Shown: positions 1-15,290 of the stretch, in pieces
How positions within the stretch are numbered: the stretch's first letter is position 1
How the letters are laid out: each line of letters opens with the position of its first letter
Assembly (NCBI RefSeq): GCF_030144855.1
Contig: NW_026781003.1
Location: forward strand, 496,001 to 560,000
Direction: 5' to 3'
DNA length: 64,000 nucleotides
From: Hypanus sabinus
Taxonomy: Eukaryota
Made by a program: the position numbers and the translations under genes
The notes under the pieces: model-generated
Databases searched by the model: none
Told to the model about the DNA's origin: nothing
Seen by the model: the letters and a program-made list of their open reading frames with translations, nothing else

Positions 1-150
1 AGAAAAGAGGGAGGTGAATCTGTGGAATTCTCTGCCACGGACACCAGGGAGTCCATTCAGGAGAGAGCTTGGAATGTTCTTGTTTTGCTGGGGTTCAAAG
101 GTAACCAGGAGTGGTCAGGAAGACGGGATTCATTGGGACAACACATCAGC
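1..150 (+). mobile_element. Degraded CR1-type LINE 3' fragment
   Basis: gaggtgaatctgtggaattctctgcca (NLWNSLP) resembles the conserved V-x-x-W-N-x-L-P terminus of CR1 ORF2. Recognised by eye only. Confidence 0.5.
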
Positions 151-151
151 C

Positions 152-240
152 AAAGCTCAAAGTAAATTTATTATCAAACGACATACATGTCACCAGGTAG
201 AACCCAGCGATTCAATTCCTCAAGGGTAATCACACTGAAC
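152..240 (-). mobile_element. Possible LINE 3' tail remnant (Rex/Babar-like)
   Basis: tcaaagtaaatttattatcaa reads as an AATAAA-containing tail on the minus strand and resembles a common elasmobranch interspersed repeat. Recognised from memory, not searched. Confidence 0.3.
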
Positions 241-287
241 ACATGAAAGAACAGTGTCTTTGAAGGATGAGTCGGACCACAGAGAGG

Positions 288-356
288 GGATACGACCCAG
301 TACCATGATCACTGAGCACATCTGCCATCGCATCATCGGGGACGCAGGACATGCTG
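288..356 (+). mobile_element. Degraded Rex/Babar-like LINE ORF2 segment directly upstream of the 70-bp array
   Basis: gatacgacccagt...actgagcacatctg...gcatcatcggggac...caggacatgc resembles the region preceding PSGRRYRSL in Rex1/Babar ORF2. Confidence 0.4.
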
Positions 357-2840
357 AAAGTACAGGAGCCTCAGGACCAACACCACCAGGTTCAGTGACA
401 GTTATCACCCCTCAACCATCAGGAAGGAGGTACAGGAGCCTCAGGACCCACACCACCAGGTTCAGGGACAGTTATCACCCCTCAACCATCAGGAAGGAGG
501 TACAGGAGCCTCAGGACCGACACCACCAGGTTCAGGGACAGTTATTACCCCTCAACCATCAGGAAGGAGGTACAGGAGCCTCAGGACCCACACCACCAGG
601 TTCAGGGACAGTTATCACCCCTCAACCATCAGGAAGGAGGTACAGGAGCCTCAGGACCCACACCACCAGGTTCAGGGACAGTTATTACCCCTCAACCATC
701 AGGAAGGAGGTACAGGAGCCTCAGGACCCACACCACCAGGTTCAGGGACAGTGAGCACCCCTCAACCATCAGGAAGGAGGTACAGGAGCCTCAGGACCCA
801 CACCACCAGGTTCAGGGACAGTTATCACCCCTCAACCATCTGGAAGGAGGTACAGGAGCCTCAGAACCCACACCACCAGGTTCAGGGACAGTTACCACCC
901 CTCAACCATCAGGAAGGAGGTACAGGAGCCGCAGGACCCACACCACCAAGTTCAGGGACAGTTATTACCCCTCAACCATCTGGAAGGAGGTACAGGAGCC
1001 TCAGCACCAGGTTCAGGGACAGTTATCACCCCTCAACCATCAGGAAGGAGGTACAGGAGCCTCAGGACCCACACCACCAGGTTCAGGGACAGTTATCACC
1101 CCTCAACCATCAGGAAGGAGGTACAGGAGCCTCAGGACCCACACCACCAGGTTCAGGGACAGTTATCACCCCTCAACCATCAGGAAGGAGGTACAGGAGC
1201 CTCAGGACCCACACCACCAGGTTCAGGGACAGTGATCACCCCTCAACCATCAGGAAGGAGGTACAGGAGCCTCAGGACCCACACCACCAGGTTCAGGGAC
1301 AGTTATTACCCCTCAACCATCAGGAAGGAGGTACAGGAGCCTCAGGACCCACACCATCAGGTTCAGGGACAGTTATCACCCCTCAACCATCAGGAAGGAG
1401 GTACAGGAGCCTCAGGACCCACACCACCAGGTTCAGGGACAGTTATTACCCCTCAACCATCAGGAAGGAGGTACAGGAGCCTCAGCACCCACACCACCAG
1501 GTTCAGGGACAGTGATCACCCCTCAACCATCAGGAAGGAGGTACAGGAGCCTCAGGACCCACACCACCAGGTTCAGGGACAGTTATTACCCCTCAACCAT
1601 CTGGAAGGAGGTACAGGAGCCTCAGGACCCACCCCACCAGGTTCAGGGACAGTTATCACCCCTCAACCATCAGGAAGGAGGTACAGGAGCCTCAGGACCC
1701 ACACCACCAGGTTCAGGGACAGTTATCACCCCTCAACCATCTGGAAGGAGGTACAGGAGCCTCAGGACCAGGTTCAGGGACAGTTATCACCCCTCAACCA
1801 TCAGGAAGGAGGTACAGGAGCCTCAGGACCCACACCACCAGGTTCAGGGACAGTTATCACCCCTCAACCATCAGGAAGGAGGTACAGGAGCCTCAGGACC
1901 CACACCACCAGGTTCAGGGACAGTTATCACCCCTCAACCATCAGGAAGGAGGTACAGGAGCCTCAGGACACACACCACCAGATTCAGGGACAGTTATCAC
2001 CCCTCAACCATCAGGAAGGAGGTACAGGAGCCTCAGGACCCACACCACCAGGTTCAGGGACAGTTATCACCCCTTAACCATCAGGAAGGAGGTAGAGGAG
2101 CCTCAGGACCCACACCACCAGGTTCAGGGACAGTTATCACCCCTCAACCATCAGGAAGGAGGTACAGGAGCCTCAGGACCCACACCACCAGGTTCAGGGA
2201 CAGTTATTACCCCTCAACCATCTGGAAGGAGGTACAGGAGCCTCAGCACCAGGTTCAGGGACAGGTATTACCCCTCAATCATCAGGAAGGAGGTACAGGA
2301 GCCTCAGGACCCACACCACCAGCTTCAGGGACAGTTATCACCCCTCAACCATCAGGAAGGATGTACAGGAGCCTCAGGACACACACCACCAGCTTCAGGG
2401 ACAGTTATTACCCCTCAACCATCAGGAAGGAGGTACAGGAGCCTCAGGACCCACACCACCAGCTTCAGGGACAGTTATCACCCCTCAACCATCAGGAAGG
2501 ATGTACAGGAGCCTCAGGACACACACCACCAGCTTCAGGGACAGTTATTACCCCTCAACCATCAGGAAAGAGGTACAGGAGCAACAGGACCCGCACCACC
2601 AGTTTCAGGGACAGTTATTACTCCTCAAACCATCAGAAAGGAGGTACAAGAGCCTCAGGACCCACACCACCAGCTTCAGGGACAGTTATTACCCCTCAAC
2701 CATCAGGAAAGAGGTACAGGAGCCTCAGGACCCACACCACCAGGTTCAGGGAGAGTTATTACCCCTCAACCATCAGGATGGAGGTACAAGAGCCTCAGGA
2801 CCAACACCACCAGGTTCAGGAACAGTTATTACCTATCAAC
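357..2840 (+). repeat. 70-bp tandem array, about 35 copies, derived from a Rex1/Babar-type LINE ORF2 C-terminus
   Basis: Unit cctcaaccatcaggaaggaggtacaggagcctcaggacccacaccaccaggttcagggacagttatcacc; aggaaggagg recurs at 421 and 491. One frame reads PSGRRYRSLRTHTTRFRDSYYPSTIR. Confidence 0.9.
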
Positions 2841-3774
2841 CTGGTGGTGTAGGTCCTGAGGCTCCTGTACCTCCTTCCCCATGGCTGAGGGGCGATAACT
2901 GTCCCAGAAAATAGTGGTGTGGTTTCTGAGGCTCCTGTACCTCCTTCCTGATGGTTGAGGGCTGATAACTGTCCCTGAACCTGGTGGTGTGTGTCCTTAG
3001 GCTCCTGTATCTCCTTCCTGATGATTGAGCGGTGATAACTGTCCCTGATCCTGTAGGTGTGGGTCCTGAGGCTCCTGCACCTCCTTCCTGATTATTAAGG
3101 GGTGTTAACTGTCCCTGGACCTAGTTGTTTTGGTCCTGAGGCTCCTGCACCACCTTCCTGATGGTTGAGGGGTGATAACTGTCCCTGAACCTGGTGGTGT
3201 GGGTCCTGAGGCTCCTGTACCTCCTTCCTGATGGTTGAGGGGTGATAACTGTCCCTGAACCTGGTGGTGTGGGTCCTGAGGCTCCTGTACCTCCTTCCTG
3301 ATGGTTGAGGGTGATAACTGTTCCTGAACCTGGTGGTGTGGGTCCTGAGGCTCCTGTACCTCCTTCCTGATGGTTGAGGGGTGATAACTGTCCCTGAACC
3401 TGGTGGTGTGGGTCCTGAGGCTCCTGTACCTCCTTCCTGATGGTTGAGGGGTGATAACTGTCCCTGCACCTGGTGGTGTGGGTCCTGAGGCTCCTGTACC
3501 TCCTTCCTGATGGTTGAGGGGTGGTAACTGTTCCTGAACCTGGTGGTGTGGCTCCTGGGGCTCCTGTACCTCCTTCCTGATGGGTGAGGGGTGGTAACTG
3601 TTCCTGAACCTGGTGGTGTGGCTCCTGGGGCTCCTGTACCTCCTTCCTGATGGTTGAGGGGTAATAACTGTCCCTGAACCTGGTGGTGTGGCTCCTGGGG
3701 CTCCTGTACCTCCTTCCTGATGGTTGAGGGGAGAACTGTCCCTGAATCTGGTGGTGTGGGTCCTGAGGCTCCTG
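2839..3774 (-). repeat. Inverted arm of the same 70-bp array, about 13 copies
   Basis: From acctggtggtgt at about 2839 the unit reads as the reverse complement (ctggtggtgtgggtcctgaggctcctgtacctccttcctgatggttgagggg). It ends about 70 bp before the AICDA acceptor. Confidence 0.92.
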
Positions 3775-3817
3775 CAGGGGGTCCACGGTGGGGAGGGTCT
3801 GGGCCGGGAATGCCAGG

Positions 3818-9479
<5,662 letters not shown>

Positions 9480-11518
9480 TGAATCTCCTCTGCACCCTCT
9501 CTAATCCAGACAGCGTCCCAGTGAATCTCCTCTGCACGCTCTCTAATCCAGACAGCGTCCCGGTGAATCTCCTCTGCACGCTCTCTAATCCAGACAGCAT
9601 CCTGGTGAATCTCCTCTGCACCCTCTCTAATCCAGGCAGCGTCCCGGTGAATCTCCTCTGTACCCTCTCTAATCCAGGCAGCGTCCCGGTGAATCTCCTC
9701 TGCACGCTCTCTAATCCAGGCAGCGTCCGGGTGAATCTCCTCTGCACCCTCTCTAATCCAGACAGCGTCCCGGTGAATCTCCTCTGCACCCTCTCTAATC
9801 CAGACAGCGTCCCGGTGAATCTCCTCTGCATGCTCTCTAATCCAGGCAGCGTCTGGGTGAATCTCCTCTGCACCCTCTCTAATCCAGACAGCGTCCCGGT
9901 GAATCTCCTCTCCACCCTCTCTAATCCAGGCAGCGTCCCGGTAAATCTCCTCTGCACGCTCTCTAATCCAGGCAGCGTCCGGGTGAATCTCCTCTGCACC
10001 CTCTCTAATCCAGACAGCGTCCCGGTGAATCTCCTCTGCACCCTCTCTAATCCAGACAGCGTCCCGGTGAATCTCCTCTGCACGCTCTCTAATCCAGGCA
10101 GCGTCTGGGTGAATCTCCTCTGCACCCTCTCTAATCCAGACAGCGTCCCGGTGAATCTCCTCTCCACCCTCTCTAATCCAGGCAGCATCCCGGTGAATCT
10201 CCTCCGCACCCTCTCTAATCCAGGCAGCATCCTGGTGAACCTCCTCTGCACCCTCTAATCCAGGCTGCGTCCCGCTGAATCTCCTCCGCACCCTCTCTAA
10301 TCCAGGCAGCGTCCAAGTGAATCTCCTCAGCACCCTCTCTAATCCAGGCAGCGTCCCGGTGAATCTCCTCTGCATCCTCTCTAATCCAGACAGCATCCTG
10401 GTGAATCTCCTCTGCACACTCTCTAATCCAGGCAGCGTCCCGGTGAATCTCCTCTGCACCCTCTCTAATCCAGGCAGCGTCTGGGTGAATCTCCTCCGCA
10501 CCCTCTCTAGTCCAGGCAGCGTCCGGGTGAATCTCCTCTGCACCCTCTCTAATCCAGGCAGCGTCCCGGTGAATCTCATCTGCACCCTCTCTAATCCAGG
10601 CAGCGTCCCGGTGAATCTCCTCTGCACCCTCTCTAATCCAGGCAGCGTCCCGGTGAATCTCCTCTGCACCCACTCTAATCCAGACAGCGTCCCGGTGAAT
10701 CTCCTCTGCACCCTCTCTAATCCAGGCAGCGTCCCGGTGAATCTCCTCTGCACCCTCTCTAATCCAGGCAGCGTCCCGGTGAATCTCCTCTGCACCCTCT
10801 CTAATCCAGACGGCGTCCCGGTGAATCTCCTCTGCACCCTCTCTAATCCAGACGGCGTCCCGGTGAATCTCTTCTGCACCCTCTGTAATCCAGGCAGTGT
10901 CCCGGTGAATCTCCTCTGCACCCTCTCTAATCCAGACAGCGTCCCGGTGAATCTCCTCCGCACCCTCTCTAATCCAGGCAGCGTTCCGGTGAATCTCCTC
11001 CGCACCCACTCTAATCCAGGCAGCGTCCCGGTGAATCTCCTCTGCACCCTCTCTAATCCAGGCAGCGTCCCAGTGAATCTCCTCTGCACCCTCTCTAATC
11101 CAGGCAGCGTCCCGGTGAATCTGCTCTGCACCCTCTCTAATCCAGGCAGCGTCCCGGTGAATCTCCTCTGCACCCTCTCTAATCCAGGCAGCGTCCTGGT
11201 GAATCTTCTCTGCACTCTCTCTAATCCAGACAGCGTCCCGGTGAATCTCCTCTTCACCCTCTCTGATCCAGGGAGCGTCCCGGTGAATCTCCTCTGCACC
11301 CTCTCTAATCCAGGCAACATCCCGGTGAATCTCCTCTGCACCCTCTTTAATCCAGACAGCGTCCTGGTGAATCTTCTCTGTACCCTCTCTAATCCAGGCG
11401 GGGTCCTGGTGAATTTCCTCTGCACCCTCGCTAATCCAGGCAGCGTCCCGGTGAATCTCCTCTCCACCCTCTCTAATCCAGGCGGCGTCCCGGTGAATCT
11501 CCTCTGCACCCTCTCTAA
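9480..11518 (-). repeat. 42-bp tandem array, about 48 copies, derived from CR1 ORF2 ([14 protein letters not shown])
   Basis: Plus-strand unit gtgaatctcctctgcaccctctctaatccaggcagcgtcccg. The minus strand translates as 14-aa repeats of the CR1 motif [15 protein letters not shown] short deletion near 10255 shifts the frame. Confidence 0.95.
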
Positions 11519-11585
11519 AGCTCCCATACCCTTCCTATAATGGGTCGACTAGAACTGATCACAATACCCCAAGCATGGTTCAGAC
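11519..11585 (-). mobile_element. CR1 ORF2 fragment contiguous with the 42-bp array (parent sequence)
   Basis: The minus strand reads QLYTPLSEPCLGYCDQF*STHYRKGMGA and runs straight into LERVQRRFT. This matches QLYRTLVRPHLEYCAQFWSPHYRKDVETIERV seen at 12967-13251. Confidence 0.8.
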
Positions 11586-11739
11586 AGGGGTGTATAGAGC
11601 TGACACATTCCCTTGTGGCTCATGACCTTAATCCCCTGACTAATGGAGACCAACACGCCTCGGGCCCCCCTTCACCACAGTTTGTCCCCTCGCCCAGCGT
11701 CTTGGCGTGTCTCCGAGACCCCCCCCCCCCCCGCACACC

Positions 11740-12610
11740 GAGTCCCTTTCCACACCGGTAAGAATCCCGCCACTCACTCTCTGAGTGCGACCTTCTGCAT
11801 CGAACTGCATCTGCCACTTCTCAGCCCAGCTCCGCTGCCTTGTCGGCGTCCCGTCCCATCTTCTGCTCCCCCTCCCCCCACCGCAGCCCCGCGTCCTCTG
11901 CCACCCGCTGCGATGGATGTTATCGACGCGGACGTTCCTGTTACGAGGCCCCTCCGGGGGCCCCATGGGCGTTGGCTCGCCTCCAGGGGGCAGGACGGGG
12001 GTCAGTGGGACCTGAGGGCCGTGACTCGTGGTGGCCGGCAGGGAGCTGGACTGCGACCGCAGCCGTTTGGAGCAGGGCCCACCACCACAGGCCCTTCGGC
12101 CCGCAATTCTGTGCCGACCACGTCGCCTACTCTGGAGACGGCGTCGAATTCCCCGCGCGCATTGCCCCCTACCTTTCTGAACCCCGTGTACCGTGTACCA
12201 AATGCTCCTCATTTGTTAACTCCCTCGTTCCCGGGAATCAATCCCCACGAACCCCCTCGCCAACGGCAACACAACCTCTCTGAGCCGCGGAGCCCCAGGA
12301 CTGCCGACAGGACTCCCAGTGCGGCCTGACCGGTTGTCTCACAAAGGCTCCCGCATTACCTCCCTGCTTTTATTTTCTGTCCCCCTTGAAATAAATGCCG
12401 ACAGCATGTGTGCCTTCTTCACCACAGACTCGACCTGCAAATTAACCTCCGGGGAGTCTCGCACGAGAGACCACACCCCCCCCCCCCCCAAGTCACTCTG
12501 AAGCCTGAACCCTCTCCCCATTTCCATAGCACTATTGTTATTGCACCATTGTTCCTCTTGCCGAGACGCATCGTCACGGCGTTTCCCAACTCTGCATCCC
12601 ATCTGGCAAG
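11740..12610 (-). mobile_element. Mosaic of short, GC-rich degraded CR1 fragments
   Basis: Minus-strand CR1-like pieces: WAEKWQMQFDAE (about 11790-11830); a 3' UTR-like ggtcggcacagaattgcgggccgaagggcctg (about 12085-12120); MIPG-like sequence (about 12200-12242); NLQVESVVKKAHMLSAFISRGTENKSREVM (about 12355-12445). Unassigned sequence lies between them. Confidence 0.65.
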
Positions 12611-12674
12611 TCAGGGTAAGGGAGGTGGGGGAGGGCAGGGGTTAGGCGAAACTGCGAGAGGAGGGAGGAAGCAT

Positions 12675-13425
12675 TGAAACACAGAGGACCTGCAGCAGAA
12701 TACAGGCCCTGCGGCCCACAAGGTCGTGCTGACAAGGTAACCTACCTTAGAAATGACCAGGCTTACCCACAGCCCTCTATTTTTCTCAGCTCCACGTACC
12801 TATCCAAAAGTCTCTTAAAAGACCCTATCGTATCCCCCCAAACCCACCGTCGCCGGCAGCCCATTCCACACACTCGCCACTCTCTGAGTGAAAAACTTAC
12901 CCCCTGACATCCCCTCTGTACCTGCTCCCCAGCACCTTAAACCTGTGTCCTCTTGTGGCAACCATTTCAGCCCTGGGGAAAAAGCCTCTGACTATCCACA
13001 CCATCAATGCCTCTCGTCATCTTGTACCCCTCTATCGGGTCACCTCTCACCTTCCGTCGCTCCGAGGAGAAAAGGCCGAGTTCACTCAACCTATTCTCAC
13101 AGGGCACGCTCCCCAATCCAGGCAACATCCTTGTAAATCTCCTCCGCACCCTTTCTATGGTTTCCACGTCCTTCCTGTAGTGAGGCGACCAGAACTGAGC
13201 ACAGTACTCCAAGTGGGGTCTGACCAGGGTCCTATAGAGCTGTAACATCACCTCTCGGCTCCTAAACTCAATCCAGGCAACATCCTTGTAAATCTCCTCC
13301 GCACCCTTTCTATGGTTTCCACGTCCTTCCTGTAGTGAGGCGACCAGAACTGAGCACAGTACTCCAAGTGGGGTCTGACCAGGGTCCTATATAGCTGTAA
13401 CATTACCTCTCGGCTCCTAAACTCC
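12675..13425 (-). mobile_element. 5'-truncated CR1 LINE (ORF2 C-terminus plus 3' UTR) with an internal 155-bp direct duplication
   Basis: ORF 12967-13251 reads MLQLYRTLVRPHLEYCAQFWSPHYRKDVETIERVRRRFTRMLPGL...LGLFS...RGDPIEGYK. The segment starting aatccaggcaacatcc occurs at both 13115 and 13270. Confidence 0.9.
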
Positions 13426-13732
13426 CTACCTTAGAAATTACTGTGATTACCCATACCCCTCTATTTTACTAAGCTCCATGTACCTGCCCAGGAGTCTCTT
13501 AAAAGACCCTCTCGTATCCCCCCAAACCCACCGTCGCCGGCAGCCCATTCCACACACTCACCACTCTCTGAGTGAAAAACTCACCCCTGACATCTCCTCT
13601 GTACCTGCTCCCCAGCACCTTAAACCTGTGTCCTCTTGTGGCAACCATTTCAGCCCCGGGGAAAAAGCCTCTGACTATCCACACCATCAATGCCTCTCGT
13701 CATCTTGTACCCCTCTATCGGGTCACCTCTCA
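13426..13732 (-). mobile_element. Second copy of the CR1 3' segment
   Basis: Near-identical to about 12744-13050 (cctaccttagaa...gtcacctctca). Encodes RGHRFKVLGSRYRGDVRGEFFTQRVVSVWNGLP. Confidence 0.88.
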
Positions 13733-13734
13733 TC

Positions 13735-14370
13735 CATGTTGGGATAGAGATGATGAGAGGCATTGATCATGTGGACAGTCAGAGGCTTTTTCCCCAGGGT
13801 GAAATGGTTAGTTAACATGAGGGAACATGTCTTTTGAAAACAGATTGAGGGATGATGTATAAGATGATGAGAGACATTTAAGAACCCATAGAAAGATTGC
13901 AGAGGAGATTTACAAGGATGTTGCCTGCACCGGGGAGCGTCCCCTGTGAGAATAGGTTGAGTGAACTCGGCCTTTTCTCCTTGGTGCGACGGAGGGTGAG
14001 AGGTGACCCGATAGAGGGGTACGAGATGATGAGAGGCATTGATGGTGTGGATAGTCAGAGGCTTTTTCCCCAGGGCTGAAATGGTTGCCACAAGAGGACA
14101 CAGGTTTAAGGTGCTGGGGAGTGTGTACGGAGGAGAAGTTTTTCACTCAGAGAGTGGTGAGTGTGTGGAATGGGCTGCCGGCGACGGTGGTTTTGGGGGG
14201 GATACCATAGGGTCTTCGAAGAGACTCCTGGACAGGTACATGGAGCTGTGAAAAAATAGAGGGCAGTGCGGTAGGGAAATACTGGCCAGTTTCTGGAGTA
14301 GGTAACAGGGTCAGCACCACATTACGGGCCGAAGGGCCTGCGGCGTGCCGTAGATTTCTACGCTCCTCCG
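13735..14370 (+). mobile_element. CR1 3' fragments in the opposite orientation (13735-13805 and about 13880-14370)
   Basis: ORF 13897-14079 reads QRRFTRMLPAPGSVPCENRLSELGLFSLVRRRVRGDPIEGYEMMRGIDGVDSQRLFP. It is followed by FHSESGECVEW-frame sequence and a 3' UTR ending gggccgaagggcctg...gtagatttcta. Confidence 0.88.
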
Positions 14371-14534
14371 GAGAGCCCGCACGATGTCCGGAACATCCCA
14401 CACAGCGCACAAGCCAAACCCTCGGCCACAGGGAGCACGTCAGAAAACGTAGGCCGTCAAGGGCAGCGGAGGTGAAGGGCGGACGGTTTCCCGGTGACGA
14501 GACCTCGGCGTCCGTCCACCTCACGGCCCGAGGG

Positions 14535-14632
14535 AAGGAGCCGTTACCCAGCCTGGCAGTCGCAGTTCCTGCACCTCCCTCCTGACGGCAGGGGAACAAA
14601 GAGATGGTGGGGTGGGCGGATCCGGGGATCCA
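14535..14632 (-). mobile_element. Degraded Rex/Babar-like LINE fragment
   Basis: The minus strand reads DPRIRPPHHLFVPLPSGGRCR, resembling the DPxHPxHxLFxLLPSGRRYR motif. It covers the same region as the 70-bp unit. Confidence 0.5.
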
Positions 14633-14639
14633 CGTCCCC

Positions 14640-15290
14640 CTCTTCACGTCCCGTTCTCCCACGTGCTGCTCTCAACATCCCATTCTGAATGTTCCCTCTC
14701 TCCACGTCCTGTTCTCCACGTCCCATTCTGAATGTCCCACTCTCCACGTCCTGTTCTCCATGTCCCACTCTTAACATCCCATTCTGAATGTTCCACTCTC
14801 AACTTCCCCCTCTCCACGTCCCATTCTGAATGTCTCACTCTCCACGTCCTGTTCTCCACATCCCCCTCTCCACGGCCTGTTCTCAATGTCCCCCTCTCCA
14901 CGTCCTGTTCTCCATGTCCCACTCTCAACATCCCATTCTGAATGTTCCCTCTCTCCACGTCCTGTTCTCAACATCCCCCTCTCCACGTCCCATTCTGAAT
15001 GTCCCACTCTCCACGTCCTGTTCTCAACATCCCCCTCTCCACGTCCCATTCTGAATGTCTCACTCTCCACGTCCTGTTCTCCATGTCCCACTCTTAACAT
15101 CCCATTCTGAATGTTCCCCTCTCAACTTCCCTCTCCCCATGTCCCGTTCTCCACGTCCCATTCTGAATGTCCCCCTCTCCACATCCTGTTCTCAATGTCC
15201 CCCTCTCCACATCCTGTTATCAAATTCCCACACCCCATATCCCCCTCTTCACGTCTTGTTCTCGCACATCCCATTCTGACTGTCCCCCTC
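14640..15290. repeat. Irregular pyrimidine-rich tandem repeat
   Basis: Shuffled modules ctctccacgtcc, tgttctc, catcccattctgaatgt and cccact. Confidence 0.85.

Noticed and set aside
187-202. ATGTCACCAG/GTAGAA as a candidate AICDA exon 1
   Set aside because: Ten coding nt gives phase 1, but the downstream exon needs phase 2. It also lies in probable repeat-derived sequence.
254-3786. Long Pro/Gln/Thr-rich ORFs (up to 446 aa) on both strands
   Set aside because: They are translations of the 70-bp array. The unit is not a multiple of 3, so all frames cycle through the same peptides.
11640-12329. GC-rich ORFs of 190-228 aa suggesting a nested gene
   Set aside because: They contain recognisable CR1 remnants (WAEKWQMQF, CR1 3' UTR), and I recognised no other protein family or exon structure.
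12675-14370. Active or full-length LINE
   Set aside because: Only 3' fragments are present, rearranged and frameshifted, with no intact endonuclease or RT core and no recognisable target-site duplications.
14680-15170. Repeated TGAATGT, a miR-181 seed match (miR-181b regulates mammalian AID)
   Set aside because: The matches are intronic and part of a tandem repeat, so they are absent from the predicted mature mRNA.
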